Shown piece after piece: positions 57,940 through 64,000 of a stretch of DNA of 64,000 nucleotides. The translations under genes were made by a program, and so were the position numbers. The notes under the pieces are model-generated. The model saw only the letters and a list, made by a program, of their open reading frames with translations, did not search any database and was not told the origin of the DNA. The stretch is from Sandaracinaceae bacterium. Its GTDB lineage: Bacteria > Myxococcota_A > Polyangia > Polyangiales > Sandaracinaceae. The stretch is taken from assembly GCA_019637095.1 (NCBI GenBank), contig JAHBWG010000047.1, positions 6,855 through 70,854 on the forward strand. The letters are read 5' to 3'. How positions within the stretch are numbered: the stretch's first letter is position 1; each line of letters starts with the position of its first letter.

Positions 57940-58130
57940 CGCGGGGCTCGAGAGCGTGAACGAGGCCTGGGACCGCGAGGCTCCCGGGCCTCGGTGCGTC
58001 CGTCGGGCGGCAGCGGGTGCAATCGGACGGTGAGGGCGGCCGACGAGGGCGCGCGGAGCGCTCGGGAGCGCCCCGCGGAGGGCGCGGTGCCCCCAAGCCG
58101 GGCTGGCCGCCGATGCCGCCTGTAGTTTCC

Positions 58131-58279
58131 GCAAGCGAAGTTGTCCACAACCCTGGGTCGGATCGCTCGACCCTCACGACCCTGGGTCGGATCGCTGATC
58201 GCACTCTCCCCCGCGAGCCCATGGGAAAGGTCTACGCGCGCAAGCTAAGTTGTCCACGGCCCTGGGTCGGATCGCTCAC
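58131..58279 (+). repeat. two ~40-bp direct repeats plus a partial third copy
   Basis: GCAAGC[G/T]AAGTTGTCCAC[AA/GG]CCCTGGGTCGGATCGCTC occurs at 58131-58168 and 58240-58277. A partial copy ACCCTGGGTCGGATCGCTGA lies at 58179-58198. The region is non-coding, between the Y1 transposase-like gene and the excisionase-type gene. Confidence 0.85.
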
Positions 58280-58370
58280 ATCGGCGAGCGCGAGCCACGA
58301 GGGCGTCGAACGCATCGAGGTAGCGCGACGCGTGAAGCAGGCACGGGCGGCGCCCGCGCCGCGTGCGCCC

Positions 58371-58571
58371 TCAGCCGCGCGTCGCTCGTCGGATCTCCTC
58401 GCGCAGCTTGAGCACCGCCCGCCGGGTGTAGACCCGGTAGTTGTTGATCGGGTGCCGCCGAGCCTTGAACTTCCCGGAGGCGTCCCACCGGCGCAGCGTC
58501 ATCTCCGAGACCCCGAGCAGCTCGGCCGCGTCCTTGATCGTCACGAGGTCCTTCGCGCTGCTCGCCACCAT
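58371..58571 (-). CDS. excisionase/MerR-type helix-turn-helix DNA-binding protein
   Basis: ATG at 58571. LVTIKDAAELLGVSEMTLRRWDASGKFKARRHPINNYRVYTRRAVLKL is the excisionase-family HTH pattern. The upstream part of track ORF 58371..58736 is implausible. Confidence 0.7.
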   Translation of the reverse strand: MVASSAKDLVTIKDAAELLGVSEMTLRRWDASGKFKARRHPINNYRVYTRRAVLKLREEIRRATRG

Positions 58572-58626
58572 CAGCCTTCTACAACCTTGTACACCCCGCG
58601 CCAAGCGCATAGCCTCGACCCGACGC

Positions 58627-59721
58627 ATGACCGGCGAGGCCGAGTGGAAGACCCGCAAGAAGCGCATCGACCCGAAGCTCGATGGCGCCGGGTGGCCGCG
58701 ACCGCACGGGAAGAGCAGGCCCGCCTCGTTCCGCACCGAAGAAGAGGAGACCGACCACGGCCCCGCGCACTACGCCCTGTGGCTCGGCGAGGAGATGGCG
58801 GGCGTCGTCGAGGCGAAGAAGCTCACCGTAGGGCCGCAGAACGTCTTGACGCAGGCGCAGCGCTACTCGCGCGGCGCGCGGCGGACGAGCAAGACGTACC
58901 CCGACGGGTTCCGGGTGCCCTTCCTCTACTCGACCAACGGCGAGGTGTTCTGGTTCCACGACGTGCGCGACCCGATGAACCGCTCGCGTCGCGTCGCAGG
59001 CTTCCACACGCCCGCGGCGTTCGAGGAGATGCTCGGGCACGACTTCGACGGCGCCTGCGCACGGCTCCTCGCGCGGCCTCACGATCATCCGTGGCTCCGT
59101 CCGTACCAGGCAGCGGCCAACGCGGCGGTCGAGAAGGCGATCAGCGAGCGGAAGCGCAGCCTGCTCGTCGCGATGGCCACTGGTACCGGGAAGACCTTCA
59201 CGCTCGTGAACCAGGTCTACCGGCTCATGAAGGCCGGCGTCGTCCGGCGCGTGCTCTTCCTCGTGGACCGTCGGGCGCTCGCAGCGCAGGCAGTCCGCGC
59301 GTTCGCAGCGTTCGAGGCGGAGCCCGGGAAGAAGTTCGACCAGATTTACGGGCCGCCTCACGGAGGAGTGGCGAATCAGCCAGCGCTGAACGGAGCGAAG
59401 GTGCGCGCACTTCCGCTGCCTCTGCCGCCCGTCGAGGAGCAGGCCGCGATCGTCCAGCGCGTGCGCGGGCTCCTCAGCGTCATCGACGAGCTGGAAGCTC
59501 GTGTCGTGACGGCGACCAAGGTCACGGAGCGCCTCCCCCAGGCGATCCTAGCCAAGGCGTTCTCCGGCCAGCTCGTCCCCACCGAGGCCGAACTTGCCCG
59601 CGCGGAGGGCCGCGAGTTCGAGCCGGCGTCCGCGCTGCTAGCCCGGCTCACGCTCGATGAGGCGCCGGCACCTCGGCCGAGGCGCGGCCGAAGGAAGACG
59701 AAAGCGAAGGCGAGCACGTGA
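58627..59721 (+). pseudogene. in-frame fusion of a type I restriction HsdR N-terminal fragment to an HsdS C-terminal fragment
   Basis: The N-terminal ~240 aa carry the HsdR N-domain and helicase motif I (LRPYQ...LVAMATGTGKTFT...LFLVDRRAL), stopping at ...KFDQIYG. Next comes LPLPPVEEQAAIVQRVRGLLSVIDELE...LPQAILAKAFSGQLVPTE...FEPASALLARL, which is the conserved HsdS C-terminus. Helicase motifs II-VI are absent. Confidence 0.7.
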
Positions 59722-60090
59722 GCATGTCCTTCAAGGACCAGCACCTCGACCTGCAACATCTCGTGCGAGAGCTGCACGTCCTGCGCGGTCACAACGTCCG
59801 CTTCAAGGAAGGCGATCCCCAGGACGAGCTGCTCCTCCTCGCGGACGGCGCCGTCGTGCTCCTCACGAACGAGCGCTTCCGCCACCCCGTCGTCGGCACG
59901 GACGCGCGCGGTGCCGACACCCTCTTCAGCCTCCCCCAGAAGGCCGTCAGCAAGGGCTCCTCCAAGTGCAGTGGGACGACCAACAGGACGGCATCCGGCC
60001 CTCGAAGGACGTTGGTAGCACGATCCTCCGCCGCAACTTGGCGCAGGCCGCCAGCCTCCTCGCGGGCGAGACCAAGACCGTACGGCGCGG
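59718..60090 (+). pseudogene. frameshifted ORF of unknown function
   Basis: GTG at 59718 overlaps the previous stop. High GC3 in frame 0 up to about 59955 (MSFKDQHLDLQHLVRELHVLRGHNVRFKEGD...SLPQKAVSKG). High GC3 then continues in the frame of track ORF 59657..61462 (LLQVQWDDQQDGIRPSKDVGSTILRRNLAQAASLLAGE). No family recognised. Confidence 0.3.
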
Positions 60091-60142
60091 CCGACCCCCT
60101 CCTCTGGCAGACCGATCCTCTGACGGGGGGCCATCGCACGGC

Positions 60143-61462
60143 ATGCCGCAACCGCCATCCTCTCTGCAATTGGGAGGATCCTTGCTGACGAAAAGCCCCA
60201 AACAAGCCCGCGGAACGGCACAGCGGCCCGAGTGGTTCGGATACTACGCGGGTTACTCGACGTCGTTCGTCGACGAAGCACTTACGTACCTGAACCTCGA
60301 TCAGGATGCTCGTGTGCTCGACCCATGGAACGGCTCGGGGACGACCACGGACGTTGTCGAACGTCGAGGCTTTCATGGCGTTGGCTACGATCTGAATCCT
60401 GCCGTCGTGATCGTGGCGCGTGCTCGCTTACTCCGTAGTGACGTGCGGCCGAGTCACCGAAGTTTGGGTAAGGTCATCGTTCGCGACAGCGCCAGGCTCG
60501 CGGCGGCCGACTTCCTCGACGGGGAGCCTTTGAGCGCCTGGTTCTCGCCGAAGGCTGCCGCCGCTTTGCGGGGAATTGAACGCGCGATCCAACGCGACCT
60601 TATCTCGCCGACTGAGTACGTTCGCATCGCCGCGAAGGGTTCGCTTTCGGATATCTCACCACTCGCTGCCTACTACTATGTCGCGTTGTTTCGGACAGTG
60701 CGCAGGCTGCTCGCCGGGTTCAAGACGTCAAATCCAACCTGGACGCGGTTCCCTGAGTCGCCTCGCCACCGCTTACGACCATCGACTCAAGTCATCCACG
60801 CGGCTTTTGACGAGGAGGTCGAGCGAATGTTCATGGGCATAGAGGAGGCGCCTGCGGTGACTTCTTCCGCGCAGGTTGACCTCGGGGACTCGACGTCGAT
60901 CAAACTCGGACGCCATGAGGTGGATGCTGTCGTCTCATCACCTCCGTACTGCACTCGCATTGACTACGCGGTATCGATGCGCCCCGAACTCGCGGTCCTC
61001 GGCATGACCGCGCTCGAGTTCCGGGCGCTGCGGTTGTCGATGCTGGGATGCACAATTCTCGGGGCCGCGAGCACGTCCACGGCGGTTCCCGACGATTGGG
61101 GCGCCTCATGCGCTCAATTGCTTGACGGGATCCGGCGGCATCCTTCCCACGGCTCAGCGAGTTACTACTACCCGACACATGTGAACTACTTCGCTTCTTT
61201 GTTTGCGTCGTATGCGGAGATCGCGCGTGTCCTACGGCCTGGTGGTCGTGCCATCCTGGTTGTTCAGGACTCTTACTACAAGGAGCTTCATACGGACCTC
61301 CAGGCCGTTACGAGTCAGATGTGTCAGGGCTTGGGATTGACGCTGGAGTTGCGGCGAGACTACTCGTCGAGGAACACAAAGGCCGCCGTCAACACCCGAC
61401 GCCTGAAATACCGCAACACCGCGGACGCCACTGAGAGCGTCCTGGTTTTTTCTCGAAGCTGA
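60143..61462 (+). CDS. DNA methyltransferase (N6_N4_Mtase-like; motif I N-terminal, SPPY motif IV distal)
   Basis: VLDPWNGSGTT (AdoMet motif I) lies near the N-terminus. VVSSPPYCTRIDY (motif IV) lies ~230 aa later. RVLRPGGRAILVVQD follows. The start is uncertain (ATG 60143; the frame is open further upstream). Lower G+C than the core. Confidence 0.85.
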   Translation: MPQPPSSLQLGGSLLTKSPKQARGTAQRPEWFGYYAGYSTSFVDEALTYLNLDQDARVLDPWNGSGTTTDVVERRGFHGVGYDLNPAVVIVARARLLRSDVRPSHRSLGKVIVRDSARLAAADFLDGEPLSAWFSPKAAAALRGIERAIQRDLISPTEYVRIAAKGSLSDISPLAAYYYVALFRTVRRLLAGFKTSNPTWTRFPESPRHRLRPSTQVIHAAFDEEVERMFMGIEEAPAVTSSAQVDLGDSTSIKLGRHEVDAVVSSPPYCTRIDYAVSMRPELAVLGMTALEFRALRLSMLGCTILGAASTSTAVPDDWGASCAQLLDGIRRHPSHGSASYYYPTHVNYFASLFASYAEIARVLRPGGRAILVVQDSYYKELHTDLQAVTSQMCQGLGLTLELRRDYSSRNTKAAVNTRRLKYRNTADATESVLVFSRS

Positions 61463-61478
61463 CGAGAGGGGTCGCACC

Positions 61479-62648
61479 ATGCCTACGGATGATTCGGGTG
61501 AGGAGGAGCTGGAATCGGAGGGCCTCGACGTCGGCGATGAGCCCGAACCGTTCGCATCTGTCGAGGAGAAGTACCGCAAGCAGATGCGTCAGATTTTTCC
61601 TCAGAAGATCGAGCTTCCCATATCGACGATTTCAGACATGATCGCCCGGCAGATGAATCTTAGTCCCGACTTCCAACGTCGCGGGATCTGGACGAACGAA
61701 CGGCGCTCACGTTTCATCGAGTCTATCATCATGAACGTACCGATTCCGCCTGTCTTCCTCGGTGAGGATGACTACGGAAAGTACGTTGTGCTCGACGGTC
61801 GTCAGCGGCTCACAGCGATCAACGAATTCTTGGCAAACAACTACGCCCTCGAAAAACTAAGGGTGTGGTCAGAGTTCAATGGGAAACGATTCAACGACCT
61901 AAAAAGGGATGGTCTTGAGACGACGTTTACCAGGCGTTTCGTTCCAGCCGTGTTGATTCTCAAGGAGTCCTCTGTCGAGGTCAAGTATGACGTCTTTGAT
62001 CGGCTGAACACAGGTGGCGTAATCGCGACCGCAATGGAGATTCGCAACGCGGTTAGTCGAGGCGGATTCACCGACTTGCTGACACCTCTCTCAGAGAACC
62101 AGACGTTTCGACGTCTTTGGGATATCCCAGATGACAAACACCTTCGAGAAGAGAATAAGGTCTACAACCGAATGGAAGACAAGGAGCTTGTGCTTCGGTT
62201 CTTCGCCTTACAGCAGCCCCAGGCGTACCGGGACTTCTCGGGTACGTTCCGAGACTACCTGACCAAGGTTCTTGAGAGCAGGAACGCCGCCTATCGGGAC
62301 AAGGCTGCGGCCAGCGGTCTCGCCCAGAGAGATCAAGCCGTGTTCGAGCGTGCAGTGAATAACTCGTTCCGTGTCTTCGGTGCCGATGCGTTTCGTAAGC
62401 CTACTGTGGACGGCAGGAGGACGGTGAAGTCTGCGCCTCTGGCTGACGCCTTGATGCACGCGCTATCGGATGTCGATACCGCGAGGATCACCGACTCTGT
62501 GGCGGGCGAGATCCGCGATAAGATTCGTGACCTTTGCCTCAACGATAACGACTTCAAGTCGGCCATCGGTCGCGGGACAAATGGCCGGAGTGCGACTGAG
62601 TTGCGCCTCAAGCGTGCCGCGGACGCGGTGGGCGCGGCGCTGAAGTGA
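61479..62648 (+). CDS. DUF262 (ParB/Srx-like, GmrSD N-terminal type) domain protein without a DUF1524/HNH nuclease domain
   Basis: FQRRGIWTNERRSRFIESIIMNVPIPPVFL...YVVLDGRQRLTAINEFL is the DUF262 signature (DGQQR variant DGRQR). The helical C-terminal half has no His-Me finger motif. Starts 16 nt after the methyltransferase stop. Confidence 0.9.
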   Translation: MPTDDSGEEELESEGLDVGDEPEPFASVEEKYRKQMRQIFPQKIELPISTISDMIARQMNLSPDFQRRGIWTNERRSRFIESIIMNVPIPPVFLGEDDYGKYVVLDGRQRLTAINEFLANNYALEKLRVWSEFNGKRFNDLKRDGLETTFTRRFVPAVLILKESSVEVKYDVFDRLNTGGVIATAMEIRNAVSRGGFTDLLTPLSENQTFRRLWDIPDDKHLREENKVYNRMEDKELVLRFFALQQPQAYRDFSGTFRDYLTKVLESRNAAYRDKAAASGLAQRDQAVFERAVNNSFRVFGADAFRKPTVDGRRTVKSAPLADALMHALSDVDTARITDSVAGEIRDKIRDLCLNDNDFKSAIGRGTNGRSATELRLKRAADAVGAALK

Positions 62649-63635
62649 GTGGGGTCGCCGGGAATGCAGGTCGTACTCCAGGATTTCCGCGAGGCGCTAG
62701 GTCGCATCCGCGACGTTGCCGACAGCATATTGGCCGAAGCACCGCTCGCGCTCGGCGATCCGTCAGTGCTCCGCCGCCATGAGACTATCCAGTTTGCCTC
62801 CACGGTCATTCTCAGCGGGTACTTCGAGTCATTCCTGAGAGACCTTGCTCGCGCCTACATCCGCGACATCTGCGGGCTTGGTGTGCCGTTTGCTGGACTA
62901 CCCAAGGTGGTTCGCTACAGCCATTTCGAGCATGGCGGCAACGTACTCGCCCACGTCGCCAGGGCAGAGAAGAAGGGTGAACCCCCTCGGTTTCCCACTA
63001 GTGCTACCGATCTCGCAGCCCGCCTGCACTCGGTCGATCATAGCGTTCCCTACAGCCTTGTCTGGGAAGCATTTGCCGAGACGGGCGCGAACCCTGGACC
63101 ACAGGTCATAGCTGAGTACCTGCGTCGTATGGGTGTTGAGAAGGCATGGCCGACAGTAGGAGGCAAGACTGCTGCTATCGCGGCACATCAGACCGAGACT
63201 TGGCTGGTCGCGAACCTTCGTTCGTTTATCGGCGTCCGGAATGAGTGTGCACATGCGGGCGCGGCAAGTGTTCAGGTTCTGCCTTCTGATCTTAGGAACT
63301 ACTGTGATCTCTTTGAGGCGCTCGCCACGGCCATGGTCGGGGTGCTGGAAGACACGCGGCAGGCGATCATACCCGCCGGTGGGGGTTCCCTGCCTCCGTC
63401 GGCGGTTGGCCCCTCCGGGTCGCAGGTGGCGCCTCCGCCGACGAGTTCGCCAACAGCGGCGGACGCGCCAACGGCCGATACGGCGGGCCTACAAACGCCA
63501 CAGCAGGCCGCCCCAACAACCGCCGGTGCCCTTGCGTCGTCGGCGACTGGGACGCCATCAGCGACGGCACCGGCAGCCGCGCCTTCGCCCCCGCCGCCGG
63601 CAGACTCCACAGCAGGCGATGGCCAAGGTCCGTGA
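62649..63635 (+). CDS. HEPN-domain protein (MAE_28990/RiboL-PSP-like) with Pro/Ala/Thr-rich C-terminal tail
   Basis: Rx4H motif in FIGVRNECAHAG within an all-helical ~235-aa domain (SGYFESFLRDLARAYIRD...). GTG at 62649 abuts the DUF262 stop, with an alternative ATG at 62664. The last ~90 aa are low-complexity. Confidence 0.8.
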   Translation: MGSPGMQVVLQDFREALGRIRDVADSILAEAPLALGDPSVLRRHETIQFASTVILSGYFESFLRDLARAYIRDICGLGVPFAGLPKVVRYSHFEHGGNVLAHVARAEKKGEPPRFPTSATDLAARLHSVDHSVPYSLVWEAFAETGANPGPQVIAEYLRRMGVEKAWPTVGGKTAAIAAHQTETWLVANLRSFIGVRNECAHAGAASVQVLPSDLRNYCDLFEALATAMVGVLEDTRQAIIPAGGGSLPPSAVGPSGSQVAPPPTSSPTAADAPTADTAGLQTPQQAAPTTAGALASSATGTPSATAPAAAPSPPPPADSTAGDGQGP

Positions 63636-63896
63636 CCGCCTCCTTGGCGGCGCTCGCCTGCGGACGATCTGGACGCTCGAGGAGTCCTCGGCGCGCACGT
63701 GTCCCGGGGAGCCACGCCTCGCGTGTCATGCGGCGAGACGCCAGGATCGGGCGACGGCCGCCTCGTTACACAACCTTCGCAGCAGGCCCCCGCAATCCGA
63801 GGTCTAGAACGTCCGTCTCCGCTGGAGGCGGGCGTTGTCGCTCCGTCTGCCGCGGTTGGGCCTCGTAGACGGCGGCAAGCTCGGCCCGCGCAGGTC

Positions 63897-64000
63897 GTGG
63901 CGCACCCCGCGTACTCCGACACCTCGCAGCACTTCGTCGCGGAGCGCGTCGACTACGCCGCGGATCTCGACCATGAGCGCCGCACCGAGGCCGGGCTGCA
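63897..64000 (+). CDS. hypothetical protein, 3' end outside window
   Basis: From GTG 63897 the frame reads (M)AHPAYSDTSQHFVAERVDYAADLDHERRTEAGL. G/C is at the third position in about 32 of 34 codons. The overlapping minus-strand frame has clearly lower GC3. Confidence 0.4.
   Translation, partial: MAHPAYSDTSQHFVAERVDYAADLDHERRTEAGL

Larger units (their letters stand above)
54673..63635. mobile_element. degraded, mosaic genomic island (mobility and restriction/defence gene remnants plus a low-GC trio)
   Basis: Contiguous HNH/DUF222 gene, recombinase scrap, truncated HUH transposase, excisionase-type HTH, hsdR-hsdS remnant, frameshifted ORF and a low-GC methyltransferase-DUF262-HEPN block. No intact integrase or flanking tRNA seen, so the boundaries are approximate. 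Confidence 0.45.

Noticed and set aside
56808-58134. ORFs 56808..57959 (+) and 56848..58134 (-) overlapping the Y1 transposase-like gene
   Set aside because: Arg/Ala/Gly-rich with no motifs. The third frame (57079..57939) carries the HUH and Tyr motifs.
58017-59660. 547-aa plus-strand ORF across the repeats, the excisionase-type gene and the hsdR remnant
   Set aside because: It is an out-of-frame, Arg-rich translation. The alternative frame gives clear HsdR and HsdS motifs, and the minus strand gives an HTH protein.
59376-60281. 301-aa minus-strand ORF
   Set aside because: It is antisense to the hsdS-like tail and to the frameshifted ORF. Low-complexity, with no motifs.
63804-64000. Open minus-strand frame running in from the right edge (…AALMVEIRGVVDALRDEVLRGVGV… stop at 63804)
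   Set aside because: Its third-position G+C is clearly lower than that of the overlapping plus-strand frame starting at GTG 63897. The C-terminal half is Arg-rich.

Overview
Very GC-rich chromosomal segment. A hand count of a typical 60-nt line gives about 75% G+C. It has a myxobacterial flavour: MYXO-CTERM-type sorting tails, a choice-of-anchor-D lipoprotein, FG-GAP repeats and many lipoproteins. Most long ORFs in the six-frame track are Arg/Ala/Pro-rich out-of-frame or antisense artefacts. I kept only ORFs with recognisable motifs or a clean non-repetitive sequence, and re-derived starts where the track ORF was a chimera.

Gene content, left to right:
- A Ser/Thr kinase with AAA and TPR regions, and a divergent FHA protein.
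- Two head-to-head secreted proteases with MYXO-CTERM tails. One runs without a stop codon into an HmuY-like lipoprotein module.
- An operon of LolA-like, FtsX-FtsX, ABC ATPase, TetR and outer-membrane barrel genes.
- A P-loop NTPase/TPR gene translationally coupled to a frame-split MBL-fold hydrolase.
- A 10-gene, almost fully overlap-coupled lipid operon: HAD-like, two acyl reductases, pyruvyl-transferase-like, crotonase, ACP, acyl-AMP ligase, lipid kinase, PlsC and TetR.
- lon.
- CAP and FG-GAP lipoproteins.
- vapBC.
- LuxR plus czcCBA.

The last ~9 kb (54.6-63.7 kb) looks like a decayed, mosaic island. It holds a DUF222/HNH gene, a serine-recombinase scrap, an N-truncated HUH Y1 transposase, an excisionase-type HTH gene, an in-frame hsdR-hsdS remnant, and finally a compositionally foreign trio at about 45-50% G+C: a DNA methyltransferase with SPPY motif, a DUF262-only protein and an HEPN (RNECAH) protein. 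This trio is my top candidate for an undescribed defence-type system.

I recognised no rRNA, tRNA or CRISPR array.
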